Shown one piece after another: positions 36,011 to 45,393 of a stretch of DNA of 62,079 nt. The stretch lies in the NCBI GenBank assembly GCA_001629255.1, contig LURZ01000014.1, positions 1 through 62,079 on the forward strand. The letters are read 5' to 3'. Position numbers and translations under genes: made by a program. This stretch comes from Marine group II euryarchaeote REDSEA-S42_B7. Lineage in GTDB: Archaea > Thermoplasmatota > Poseidoniia > Poseidoniales > Thalassarchaeaceae. The notes beneath the pieces were generated by a model. That model was not told where the DNA came from and did not search any database. It was given only the letters and a program-made list of their open reading frames with translations. The first letter of the stretch is position 1. Each line of letters begins with the position of its first letter.

Positions 36011-38188
36011 ATGACAATGGCAGCACATGACGCTTCTGCTAGATGGAGGACCTTCCTTGAGGAGGCTAAGGAGTCAGAGGTCATGACATTGTTGTCTCGT
36101 CAGACCAACTTCCCCTACCTCTCCGTTCCATTCCACGAGATCCAGACTTTCGATCCGGAATTCGCGGAGGACGTACTGGAGCACCCAAAGCAGATCCTCT
36201 CTGCTGGCTCTAAGACTCTGATGGAGATTTGCAGAGAGAGGGGAGAGGAAATAGATGCTTTGCTACGGGTCGGAGAGCTGCCTGGAGACACAAGGATGCC
36301 CCTGCGAGAGATAGGTAGCTCGGACATAGACAAACTACGCAGCGTCGACGTCATTGTCACCAAGATTTCCGAGATTAAACCCAGAATACACAGGGCGGTT
36401 TTCAAATGCGAGTCGTGCGGTCATGACATAGAAATCGACCAAGAAAACGAGAGAGAATTGAAGGAACCACTCAACTGTCCGCAGGCTCTGGGTGGATGTG
36501 GGAGCAACAAAGCCGAAACTCGGTTCGATTTGGTACTCCTAAGTTCTAGAATGGTAAACAACCAGTGGATAGAGATTCAGGAGCAACCCGAGTACGTTCC
36601 AAGCGGAGCTCAGCCAAGGAGGGGGATGGTGCTTATCGAGGGGGACCAAGTCAACAAGCATCTCCCGGGTGAGAGGATTACTGCAAATGTAATCCCGGTT
36701 GTGAGAAGTGAAGTAAGAAACAGAAAGAAGACACCTATGTTCGATGTAATCTATCATTTGATAAGCTCCGAGCATGAGAGTACTCCGTTTACTGAGATTT
36801 CTATTGAAGAGGAGGATAGCGAGAGGATTATCGAGATTTCAAAGAGAGAGGACCTGATGTCCCTGATTCAGCGTTCTATTGCACCATCTATTTTTGCTAC
36901 CGGTATACTAGGCCATGTGAAACGCTCCTTAGCGTTGCAACTCTTTGGAGGTGTGTCAAGGAAGCTGAATGATAAGACAAGGTCTAGAGGAGATATCCAC
37001 ATCCTCTTGATGGGGGACCCAGGAGTCGCCAAGTCCCAATTGCTTTCCTTCATCTCTGCACTATCTCCTCGAGGAAGATTTGCTACTGGCGGGGGAGTCT
37101 CTGGAGCAGGTCTCACTGCGGCTGCGGTCAGGGATGCATTCGGGGATGGCCGATTCGCACTAGAGGCAGGGGTCCTCCCACTATCGGATAGGGGGTTGGC
37201 TGCCATCGATGAGTTCGATAAGATTTCACCAGATGACAAACGAATGATGCATCCCGCAATGGAACAGCAAAAGGTCCATGTGGCCAAGGGCGGAATTACA
37301 GCTACACTACACTCAAGGTGCTCAATCCTGGCCGCTGCAAACCCGAAGGAAGGACGATTTACCAAGAGGGGAATTAATACAAGTGTAATTAGGTCATTCA
37401 AAGAGACAGGGTTACCACCTCCACTAGCATCTAGGTTCGATATCATCTGGATGATCAGGGACGAAGTGCGGATCCATGACGATGAGAGAATTGCCAGGCA
37501 CATACTCGACAACAGGACTTCGGGAAAGAGTGAGGCACAGTTGGAGAATACGATCGAACTGGGTCCATCCGAACTAGACGAAGAGTCATTCATCATCACC
37601 TCTGAAAACGGAAATGAGCACCTATCCCAGGACTTCCTAAGGAAGTACATCGCATTCGCTAAGAGAACAGTACACCCACAGTTAGACGAGGATGCCAAAA
37701 ATGCGATACTCAAGTACTACACAGAAGAGCGACAGTCATTCGGGAGAGAAGATCAGAGCCCATCACAGTTCGAGTCTGATAATGATAACGACACGGTCAT
37801 CCCAATTACAGCAAGAGCTTTGGAGGCCCTGATAAGACTAACAGAAGCCCATGCCAGGATGCACCTCCAAGAGATAGCAACCGTAGATAATGCAAAAGTG
37901 GCTTTAGCCGTCTTCAAACACTGGAGAGAAGAATCGGGAATAGAGGACGAATCAGAACTGCACTCAGGGGTCTCCGTGAAAGAGCGTTCAAACAACTCTA
38001 CTATCATGAATATAGTTAGGAAATTATGCCAGGAGAAAGGACAGGCGGAACTGACGGAGATTTACAATATCGCAATCAATAGAAAAATCAGCGAAGCCGA
38101 AGTCGATAAAGTCGTGCAGAAAATGAATCAAACTGGTGAGTTATATGAATCATCTTCTAACCCTCTCGCATGGCGATTTGCCCGTTGA
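36011..38188 (+). CDS. mcm: minichromosome maintenance (MCM) replicative helicase
   Basis: Zn finger CESCGH...LNCPQALGGCGS. Walker A DIHILLMGDPGVAKSQLL. Walker B LAAIDEFDKI. Arg finger ASRFDIIW. C-terminal winged helix. No intein. ATG 36011 is preferred over GTG 35978. Confidence 0.93.
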   Translation: MTMAAHDASARWRTFLEEAKESEVMTLLSRQTNFPYLSVPFHEIQTFDPEFAEDVLEHPKQILSAGSKTLMEICRERGEEIDALLRVGELPGDTRMPLREIGSSDIDKLRSVDVIVTKISEIKPRIHRAVFKCESCGHDIEIDQENERELKEPLNCPQALGGCGSNKAETRFDLVLLSSRMVNNQWIEIQEQPEYVPSGAQPRRGMVLIEGDQVNKHLPGERITANVIPVVRSEVRNRKKTPMFDVIYHLISSEHESTPFTEISIEEEDSERIIEISKREDLMSLIQRSIAPSIFATGILGHVKRSLALQLFGGVSRKLNDKTRSRGDIHILLMGDPGVAKSQLLSFISALSPRGRFATGGGVSGAGLTAAAVRDAFGDGRFALEAGVLPLSDRGLAAIDEFDKISPDDKRMMHPAMEQQKVHVAKGGITATLHSRCSILAAANPKEGRFTKRGINTSVIRSFKETGLPPPLASRFDIIWMIRDEVRIHDDERIARHILDNRTSGKSEAQLENTIELGPSELDEESFIITSENGNEHLSQDFLRKYIAFAKRTVHPQLDEDAKNAILKYYTEERQSFGREDQSPSQFESDNDNDTVIPITARALEALIRLTEAHARMHLQEIATVDNAKVALAVFKHWREESGIEDESELHSGVSVKERSNNSTIMNIVRKLCQEKGQAELTEIYNIAINRKISEAEVDKVVQKMNQTGELYESSSNPLAWRFAR

Positions 38189-38192
38189 CCCT

Positions 38193-40256
38193 ATGAGCAC
38201 AACCCCCTCCCAAGGAATTGTAATGGAGCCGTTAGGAGAAGTCAACAATCCTGCACGTCTTGATCCGGTAGCTCTTGGATTCATGTGCGGGCTGGAGATT
38301 CATCAGCAGTTGGCTACCGACAAATTACACTCTAGAATGCCGAGCGAACTATTCGACTACAAGTCCGAGGAAATCCCTCATCACTGGCCGCGTTCCACAA
38401 GAAGGCTCCGAGCTTCACAGGGAGAAGGAGGGAGTACAGATGTAGCCGCTAGATTCGAGCAAAGGAGGAATCGGACATTTGAGTATGTTCAATCTCCCAA
38501 TGCCGGCCTCATCGAGTTGGATGAGTCGCCACCAAGAAATCATGACTCTGAAGCAGTAGATGTTGTTCTCACTATGGCCGCTCTGATGGGTGCAAAACCT
38601 ATCCCAAACCTGCAAGCAATGAGAAAGACTGTAGTGGATGGCTCCAACACCAGTGGTTTCCAGAGAACAACGATTGTGGCTACTGATGGACGAATAGAGA
38701 CCGACTCTTGCCAGGTTGGAATCGATCTGATTTCGTTGGAGGAAGACTCTGCTCGGAAGCTCGAGACCAAGAGGAGCGATGTCGGAGAAACCGTAGTGTA
38801 CAATCTTGACAGGCTAGGCGTCCCTCTAGTGGAAGTCGCTACTTCTCCGGATGTCCGTTCTCCGGAACATGCAAAGGAGACCGCATTGGCACTGGGCCGC
38901 CTGCTTCGTGATACTCGCAGGGTCAGGAGGGGGCTAGGGTCAATCAGACAAGACCTCAATGTCAGCATCTCTTGTGGAGATAGGGTCGAGATCAAAGGAT
39001 GCCAGGACCTAGACTGGATTCCGAGAATTATTCGATTGGAGATGGCTCGTCAACTCCATTTCTACCGTCTGGCGAATGAACTGAGAAGCGAGTTCTCCCT
39101 CCCTCCCCTTCCTCCGGATAGGGAATCTGACTCGATGCCAGTGGAGAATAGAGTGGCACTTTCCACGAAGAAGAGAATACCCTACTATACTTACGATGTG
39201 ACAGAATTCTTCTCAGAATGCGATTCAGACATGGTATCATCGTCCTTGCAGAATGGTTCTTCTATCCTCGGAATATCCCTACCAGGATTCTCAGGAAAGA
39301 TCGGAAGGAAGACTATGGACGAAAAAGACTCACAGTTGCCAAGATTGGGGAGGGAGCTAGCCAGTGCCGCCAAGCTTGCTGGGGTATCGGGAATCTTCCA
39401 TTCTGACGAGCTACCCGCATACGGGATTTCTCAAACTGAGGTCAACTCGGTCAGGAGTCAACTGTCACTGTCAGAAGCCGACGCATTCGTTCTGTGCATG
39501 GCTCCAAAATGGCAGTCCGAACTGGCACTAGAGGCAGTCGTTGACAGGGCACGACTAGCCTTCCACAGGATACCCAGAGAGGTGAGGAACGTAGTGGTAC
39601 GGAAGGGGAAGCCGGAAGATGGAACGACAACGGCCCTAAGGCCTCTCCCGGGAGGTGCTAGGATGTATCCCGAGACAGACATACCAGTTCTGGAAATCTC
39701 ACCAGAGAGATGGGATTCTATTTGCAAAAACCTTCCACTGTCCGCTCAGGAAAGGAAGAATAGACTATCAGGTCTGGGGTTATCAAAAAACCAGGAAGAG
39801 GCGTTGCTCAACGGGGAGATCGATGACATACTATTCGAGGGAATCGAAGGCCCTCTTAAACTCCCAGCCAAGGCGTGGGCAAGCGCCCTCCTAGAGAGTG
39901 GCATCTCCAAACCAAACTCCCTAGCGGCAACTGTTCACCTTCGAGAGGAGGGCCTCCTGACAAGGGAGGGAGCGGAGACACTTCTGATGGAATCAGTGGA
40001 GGGCCCAGTTGAGAGAATAGTGGACTTCATGTCCTCCGAGGCCAAATCACGAGGCTTCGTTCCAGCGGACCAGTCATCTGTCGAAGAGGCGGTAGAAGAA
40101 GTGATTACTGCACGATCTGATTTTGTTCATGAGCGTGGACTTGGTGCGATTGGACCACTAATGGGTTCGGTCATGGGTAAGTTAGGCGGGACGGCTGACG
40201 GGAAAGTGGTTAGCCAAATCCTGAAACAGAAAATAAGTGAAATGATTGATGATTAA
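38193..40256 (+). CDS. gatE: Glu-tRNA(Gln) amidotransferase subunit E (GatE)
   Basis: GFMCGLEIHQQLATDKLH, NLDRLGVPLVEVATSPD, IRQDLNVSI, ARMYPETDIP, plus a C-terminal YqeY-like tail. ATG 38193 lies 4 nt after the mcm stop. Confidence 0.9.
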   Translation: MSTTPSQGIVMEPLGEVNNPARLDPVALGFMCGLEIHQQLATDKLHSRMPSELFDYKSEEIPHHWPRSTRRLRASQGEGGSTDVAARFEQRRNRTFEYVQSPNAGLIELDESPPRNHDSEAVDVVLTMAALMGAKPIPNLQAMRKTVVDGSNTSGFQRTTIVATDGRIETDSCQVGIDLISLEEDSARKLETKRSDVGETVVYNLDRLGVPLVEVATSPDVRSPEHAKETALALGRLLRDTRRVRRGLGSIRQDLNVSISCGDRVEIKGCQDLDWIPRIIRLEMARQLHFYRLANELRSEFSLPPLPPDRESDSMPVENRVALSTKKRIPYYTYDVTEFFSECDSDMVSSSLQNGSSILGISLPGFSGKIGRKTMDEKDSQLPRLGRELASAAKLAGVSGIFHSDELPAYGISQTEVNSVRSQLSLSEADAFVLCMAPKWQSELALEAVVDRARLAFHRIPREVRNVVVRKGKPEDGTTTALRPLPGGARMYPETDIPVLEISPERWDSICKNLPLSAQERKNRLSGLGLSKNQEEALLNGEIDDILFEGIEGPLKLPAKAWASALLESGISKPNSLAATVHLREEGLLTREGAETLLMESVEGPVERIVDFMSSEAKSRGFVPADQSSVEEAVEEVITARSDFVHERGLGAIGPLMGSVMGKLGGTADGKVVSQILKQKISEMIDD

Positions 40257-40318
40257 TATTATTCTGAAGGGTCTCTATGAACTAACTTCTTAGACCTAAC
40301 TCGGAGAGGGGTGGTTCT

Positions 40319-40783
40319 ATGACTGCACAAACGAAACTTGCGATTTCCCTAATATTACTGATTGGCCTTTCTTCAACTCTTGCCGGTTGTACGTCGGAGA
40401 CCGAACCGCTTTCGGAGGATGAAATTGGAGAACTCAGTGTTGTGATGACTTTGGATTTCTTAGAACAGGGCAACGAAACAACAAATTTAGGAGACAGATT
40501 AACAAATGGAAGTATTACATTTGACCCAATACTAGTCGCCCATAATGTCTCTGCATACAGAGTCATGGAAGCCCTGCAACTAAGAGAAAACTTCACAATT
40601 GATGTTACTTACTACGTTGGAATGGGGGCGTTTATTCACACTATCGACGGGGTTTCAGGAGCCGATGATTGGTCGACATACTGGGGCTTTTACCACGATG
40701 GTGAGCTAGCCCAGGTCGGCGCGTCTAGTTATCTTATCACCTCAGATACCCATCTGAGTTGGGTAATCACGCCTTCCGCCTAA
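40319..40783 (+). CDS. lipobox lipoprotein, DUF4430-like (transcobalamin-like beta-grasp)
   Basis: Lipobox SSTLAGCTS. The C-terminal half GAFIHTIDGVSGADDWSTYWGFYHDGELAQVGASSYLITSDTHLSW fits the DUF4430 pattern (G.fv..I.G...yW.y.vNG....vGa....l.dGD.i.w). Confidence 0.65.
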   Translation: MTAQTKLAISLILLIGLSSTLAGCTSETEPLSEDEIGELSVVMTLDFLEQGNETTNLGDRLTNGSITFDPILVAHNVSAYRVMEALQLRENFTIDVTYYVGMGAFIHTIDGVSGADDWSTYWGFYHDGELAQVGASSYLITSDTHLSWVITPSA

Positions 40784-40853
40784 TTGAACGAGGAATAATT
40801 TCTTGACGGTTTCTCCAAGAAACACTATGAAGTAACTATCAGGAGCGAATAAT

Positions 40854-41507
40854 ATGTACGATTTTCATAACTTCGGCCTAACTCCGTTACAGGACTTGGT
40901 TTTGAACATTGTAATTTTGTCCGCACTAGTGCTTGCCATCTTCAAAGGAGAAAAGAGAATCCTAAACTCCAACCCCCTACTTATCCTTGCATTAGTAACG
41001 GTTTTTTGCATCGCAGGAAGAATACTACTCCAACCACTGCCTAACGTTCAACCAGTCACTGTAACGATTATTCTAGTTGGGATCTACTATCGTTCTCCTT
41101 GGGCAATCGCAGTATCTGGATTGGTTGCTCTGAGTACCAACCTACTATCGCTCGGGCACGGTCCCTGGACCTTTTTTCAGTTCGTAGGATGGAGTGTAGT
41201 TGGCATAGGAGGTTCAATATTTGCCGACAAATTACTTATTGATGGCAGAATTGCACTGAATCGGCTAATCGCTTTTTCAGTACTCTCGGCATTTGCATTT
41301 GATTGGATAGTATCAGCGAGCATACTGCTAAACCACGATTTCTCAGTCTTTTACCCATACCTGATTAACGGACTTCTTTTTGACGTATTCCACGCACTTG
41401 GGAATGCCGTATTTGTGGTACTACTTGCTAATCCTCTAGGCGAACTTATGTCACGTCATAGAACTGTCAATAGAGGTTTTGCGGTGAGTGAAGTTGTCAC
41501 AAGCTGA
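40854..41507 (+). CDS. polytopic membrane protein, ECF-transporter S-component-like
   Basis: About 6 predicted TM helices. LQPLPNVQPVTVTIILVGIYY...STNLLSLGHGPWTFFQFVGWSVVG resembles S-component signatures. AGGAG lies 9 nt upstream of the ATG. Confidence 0.6.
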   Translation: MYDFHNFGLTPLQDLVLNIVILSALVLAIFKGEKRILNSNPLLILALVTVFCIAGRILLQPLPNVQPVTVTIILVGIYYRSPWAIAVSGLVALSTNLLSLGHGPWTFFQFVGWSVVGIGGSIFADKLLIDGRIALNRLIAFSVLSAFAFDWIVSASILLNHDFSVFYPYLINGLLFDVFHALGNAVFVVLLANPLGELMSRHRTVNRGFAVSEVVTS

Positions 41508-41517
41508 TGAAATTACA

Positions 41518-41862
41518 ATGGTCTTAGTGACCCGGACGGACCTTAAACTGTCAAAAGGCAAGTTAGCAGCACAAGCCGGCCATGCTGTAATGGAATGTAC
41601 TCTGAGGGCAAAAAAAGAATCTCCTCGTACCCTAGACAGATACCGAAGGGAGGGTGCTAGAAAGATAGTCTGCAAAGTGCCGGACGAAGAATCACTCCGA
41701 AAGACGCTTGGCCATGCAAAGAAAGCGGGACTCATCAGCTATCTCGTTAAGGATGCAGGCCACACGGAGATACCGCCAGGAACCGTCACCGTTGTCGGGA
41801 TAGGACCAGGACCTAGGTCTGACATAGACAAGATAACCGGGCAGCTATCACTAGTTAGTTGA
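41518..41862 (+). CDS. pth2: archaeal-type peptidyl-tRNA hydrolase Pth2
   Basis: MVLVTRTDLKLSKGKLAAQAGHA...KIVCKV...VKDAGHTEIPPGTVTVVGIGP is the canonical Pth2 sequence. Confidence 0.9.
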   Translation: MVLVTRTDLKLSKGKLAAQAGHAVMECTLRAKKESPRTLDRYRREGARKIVCKVPDEESLRKTLGHAKKAGLISYLVKDAGHTEIPPGTVTVVGIGPGPRSDIDKITGQLSLVS

Positions 41863-41874
41863 CTTCAACTATGC

Positions 41875-42456
41875 TTGACTGGCCAATTACTTCGCAAAAA
41901 GGGTCTTGAATCGAGACCCCCTCAGGTGTTCGTGGTTACCCAAGCGCCACTATCCGAAGAGCAGCGCTCGACTCTATTGTCCAAGTGCGAATCTCTCAAA
42001 AACCTCACAGAATGGCTGGATGGAATCGACAGGAGGCCCGGTCTCGATGAGCTAGACGCTCGACTTTCTTCATTGGAAGTAAACGTCGATGCTCTGGAGG
42101 ATTGTATAGGGTATTCTGAGGATGGCTATCAGAGGAATGTGATCAAGAAGAATGAGCACTACGAACTCGTGGCCATATGCTGGACGCCAGGTCAGGATAC
42201 GCCCATACACGATCATACTGGTAGCGACTGCGCATTCCTGATCGTCTCTGGAGTGTCTACGGAGACAGTGTACGAGACCAACGAGGGAGGTTTGGCCTAC
42301 CCAGTATCAAACCGGAGATACGTCCCAGGAGAGGTTTGTGCCGCAGATGAGCCAGATATCCACCGAGTTTCAAACGATGAAACAACCAATCTCATTAATT
42401 TGCATGTCTATACCCCGCCTCTTAGCGAGTACAAGATATATGCTCCAGCCGAGTGA
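41875..42456 (+). CDS. cysteine dioxygenase type I-like cupin
   Basis: YELVAICWTPGQDTPIHDHTGSDCAFLIVSG...IHRVSNDETTNLINLHVYTPPL. TTG start; start position uncertain. Confidence 0.65.
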   Translation: MTGQLLRKKGLESRPPQVFVVTQAPLSEEQRSTLLSKCESLKNLTEWLDGIDRRPGLDELDARLSSLEVNVDALEDCIGYSEDGYQRNVIKKNEHYELVAICWTPGQDTPIHDHTGSDCAFLIVSGVSTETVYETNEGGLAYPVSNRRYVPGEVCAADEPDIHRVSNDETTNLINLHVYTPPLSEYKIYAPAE

Positions 42457-44031
42457 CTAACGGCCTCTCTCTGCCATCAGCTGGACTGATTGCTGCACCC
42501 ACATCATCTTGGTTACTCTTCCAGGTGTGAACTCCATGGCGTCATTGACGACCTCGGCCGTGACTGGGTCCATCTTGGAAATCTGGTCGTAAGTGTGGAT
42601 TCCAAGAACGTTGAGCTTCTTTTGTGAGAACTCATCCAGGCCCTGTATTCGAGTCAAATCGTCTGGCCTCTGACCCTCTGCTTCCCCGATCTGAGCCCAG
42701 TTAATCTGAACAGCCTTTAGGCTGACCCTCTCTAGGATTAACTCCTCTCTTTCCATCAGGTTAGCCTTGAGTTTCAACTCTTCATGAGCTGCTTCCCTCT
42801 CGGCCTTCATTGCAGCGGTCTCGACTCCGACAAGGGCCTCTTCCTTCCCTTTCATCTCGCTCTGGATTTTCTCTATCTCCTGCTCGACCTCCTCGGCCTT
42901 CTTCGCTGTCTCCGACTTGAATTTGTGACTGTCCTCTATCTCCTGTTGGACCTTGATCTTCTGTGCTTCGGCCTTCTTCGCCTCTTCCTCCACTCTCGCT
43001 ATTTCCTTCTGCTTGGCCTTGACTTCCTTCTCCAAGGACTTGGCAGCCGCCATCTCGGTTTTCATCTGATCCTTGACGTCCTTCAGAGCATCTTTCGCTT
43101 CCTCGGCCTCTGCCTTAGAAGCCTCCAGGGCCTCCTGTTTCTTGGCCATGGTACTCTCCATCTTTGACTCTGCTAGCTCACGCTTTGCACGGAATTCCTC
43201 GAGCTGCTGTTCCGCCTTCGACTTCGCCTTGCCAGAGGCCTTGATTTGCTTCTCTGCTACTTTTCTCTCCATCTCGGCCTTTTTCAGCTCCGCCTCGGCC
43301 TTTGCTGCCGCCTTTCCTTCCTTAGCAACCTCTGCTCCCAGCTTCTTAGCCTCGGCCATAGATTCCTTGGCTTCCTTACCGAACTCTTTTGCTGCAGCGG
43401 TCTCCGTCCTTATTTTCTCCTTCAGTTCGACCTCTTTGGCCTTAAGCTCATCTGGGGAAAGCTTGGCGGAACTCTTCAGATCATCTAGGGCCTTCCTTGC
43501 AGCCTCTGCCTGCTTCTCTGCTGCTTTTCTTCCTGCCTCGGCCTTCTTCGCCTCGACCTCTGCCTTAGCAACTGCCTTTGCCTCCTTCGCAGCCTTCTTC
43601 GCATCTCCCATTTGCGCCTTCTTAGCAGCCTCCAACTCCTTCTTAGCTGCAGCAGCCTCAGCCTTTGCCTCGGCCTCCTTGGCTTTCGCCTTTGCTGGAT
43701 CAGATGCCTTCTTGACCTTCTTAGTCTCTGGTTCGGGCTCAGGCTCTGGTTCGGGCTCAGGCTCTGGTTCGGGCTCAGGCTCTGGTTCGGGCTCTGGTTC
43801 CGATGACTTTTTGCTCACCTTTCCGTACTTCTTCTGAAGTCCCTTGACCATAGTTCCATAGTTACCTTCGAACTTCTTCAGCAGCTTTGGGATATTCGCA
43901 ATTTGCTTGGAACGTTCAGGCTCTTCCAAGAATTGAGTATACGTCGCCTTAGCCAACTTGGCTGCTTGTTGCGCGGTTGGTCCTGTCGCCACAGCGCGTG
44001 GAGGAAATCCATCACTTAAGGATTTGACCAA
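42457..44031 (-). CDS. (EP)n-repeat / K-A-E coiled-coil protein with one C-terminal COG3743-like H3TH/HhH module
   Basis: An EP dipeptide run is followed by ~330 aa of K/A/E-rich heptad-like sequence. The C-terminus INWAQIGEAEGQRPDDLTRIQGLDEFSQKKLNVLGIHTYDQISKMD...GRVTKMMWVQQS is paralogous to the modules in 33643..35364. The TTG start lies 2 nt after the aminotransferase stop. Confidence 0.8.
   Translation of the reverse strand: MVKSLSDGFPPRAVATGPTAQQAAKLAKATYTQFLEEPERSKQIANIPKLLKKFEGNYGTMVKGLQKKYGKVSKKSSEPEPEPEPEPEPEPEPEPEPEPEPETKKVKKASDPAKAKAKEAEAKAEAAAAKKELEAAKKAQMGDAKKAAKEAKAVAKAEVEAKKAEAGRKAAEKQAEAARKALDDLKSSAKLSPDELKAKEVELKEKIRTETAAAKEFGKEAKESMAEAKKLGAEVAKEGKAAAKAEAELKKAEMERKVAEKQIKASGKAKSKAEQQLEEFRAKRELAESKMESTMAKKQEALEASKAEAEEAKDALKDVKDQMKTEMAAAKSLEKEVKAKQKEIARVEEEAKKAEAQKIKVQQEIEDSHKFKSETAKKAEEVEQEIEKIQSEMKGKEEALVGVETAAMKAEREAAHEELKLKANLMEREELILERVSLKAVQINWAQIGEAEGQRPDDLTRIQGLDEFSQKKLNVLGIHTYDQISKMDPVTAEVVNDAMEFTPGRVTKMMWVQQSVQLMAERGR
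43727..43802 (-). repeat. 18-nt tandem repeat (ctctggttcgggctcagg x ~4) encoding the (EP)n tract
   Basis: Read directly: ctctggttcgggctcagg repeats head-to-tail and translates on the minus strand to about 12-13 Glu-Pro dipeptides. Confidence 0.9.
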
Positions 44032-44033
44032 AT

Positions 44034-45293
44034 TTAGAGTTCAATCTCTTTCCTGTAATCATCGAAAACTTCTCTGAATAATTCGATGTCTGAATCAAAG
44101 GTTTCAGGAAGCAGCGGACCAAAGGAAAATCGGAAGAACCGGGAATAAGGCGACTCATAGCTCGGGTCTTTAGAATGTGGACGTGCCATGTCGCAATCAG
44201 TAGCGCATAATATTGCAGCGCCGTGCTTGAACAATCGTTTGTTTAACTCGGAACTTGTCATGCCTTCAGGCAGCTCCAGCCAGTGGTAGAAGCCACCATC
44301 GCCAGTGTACACTCCAAGCCCCATTTCCTCGAATGCGTCACCATACCTACTTCTTTGCCAGTTGTAATGCTCCTCCACTGCCTTCCTCGCCTTCTTGACT
44401 CTACTGGGCTCTAGGAGTTTTACCGCATAGTGTTGGGAAGGATGACTGACTCCACCCATGCCGAAGCTGGAGAAGTTGGACAGCGTTTCGATGTTCTTCT
44501 TACTAGAGACGATCCATCCAATTCTGATTCCTGGAGACTGCAATCCCTTTGTACAGGCCCCTGCGATGAATACGTTGCTGTTGTCCAGGTCCTCTATGTA
44601 CTGAATTCCGCTCACGGAAGGCGAGTGAAACATCTCGTATGCCTCATCTAGAAGGATGCCATTTTTGGGACCCTCCGCCAATCTGATTAAGTCCCGCAAC
44701 TCATCTCCCCATCTTGTCTGACCGGAGGGGTTCTGGGGGTTCGAGATAATCGGCATCAGGCTTGTCTTTGCATTCAGGCCAGATCTATCGAAGTACTCCT
44801 CGTTGCTAGGGTGGAAGCCGTTCTCCTTGGTGAACGGGACAATTTGGAAGTCCGTATCGGTCTGCTCCAAGATATCCAGATAGGCCGGCCACTCAATGTT
44901 GCCAATTCGTACCTGCACGTGTTCTTTGAGGAATGCCAGAACAGTGAATATTCCTGGCCTACCACCAGCGAACACCATCACATTCTCGGGCTCTACTTTC
45001 GACCCATATTGCTCGTTGTAGTATCCTGAAATCGCTTCTCGCAGGTCCGGATGGCCCCATGCCTTCGGATAGAACCGATCCTCCCAAGTCACCTCTACAC
45101 TGCTCGGAAGAGGGGGGCCTCCGAATTTCTCCAGTGGGGTGGTGAGTGGGAATCCCTGAGACCATGGGTGAGTGCCCTTTTCTCCCATGAAACTCCCGAA
45201 AGAATCTCGAAAGGCGTATAGGGTTTCATAGATTCCCATAGGCGGGCAGTTGTCAGATAGGAACGACTCAACAGGTGCCCCACTATTCGGCAT
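44034..45293 (-). CDS. class I/II PLP-dependent aminotransferase
   Basis: ISNPQNPSGQ (NPxNPxG), LLDEAYEMF, ACTKGLQSPGIRIGW (Lys-containing SxxK-like block), RFSF near the C-terminus. Confidence 0.8.
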   Translation of the reverse strand: MPNSGAPVESFLSDNCPPMGIYETLYAFRDSFGSFMGEKGTHPWSQGFPLTTPLEKFGGPPLPSSVEVTWEDRFYPKAWGHPDLREAISGYYNEQYGSKVEPENVMVFAGGRPGIFTVLAFLKEHVQVRIGNIEWPAYLDILEQTDTDFQIVPFTKENGFHPSNEEYFDRSGLNAKTSLMPIISNPQNPSGQTRWGDELRDLIRLAEGPKNGILLDEAYEMFHSPSVSGIQYIEDLDNSNVFIAGACTKGLQSPGIRIGWIVSSKKNIETLSNFSSFGMGGVSHPSQHYAVKLLEPSRVKKARKAVEEHYNWQRSRYGDAFEEMGLGVYTGDGGFYHWLELPEGMTSSELNKRLFKHGAAILCATDCDMARPHSKDPSYESPYSRFFRFSFGPLLPETFDSDIELFREVFDDYRKEIEL

Positions 45294-45393
45294 GGTTGTC
45301 CGTGGAGTATGTCACAAATTAGTTTCACCGTCAAGCAGGGATATCTCCAATTGACGAAAAAACGGTTAATACACCCATTCTACTTCGACAGCC

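Noticed and set aside
36868-37713. 281-aa minus-strand ORF inside mcm
   Set aside because: It lies antisense to the Walker A/B region of MCM. It is Ser/Ala-rich with no motif, so it is a shadow ORF.
43727-43802. Possible CRISPR-like or other spaced repeat
   Set aside because: The repeats are contiguous 18-mers without spacers and lie inside a coding frame, so this is a microsatellite and not a CRISPR array. No CRISPR array was seen anywhere in the window.
43073-43837. 254-aa plus-strand ORF (S/A/F-rich, ending in a GS repeat) opposite the coiled-coil gene
   Set aside because: It is a mirror image of the K/A/E- and EP-rich minus-strand ORF. Only the minus-strand product ends in the conserved module shared with 33643..35364, so the minus strand is taken as coding.
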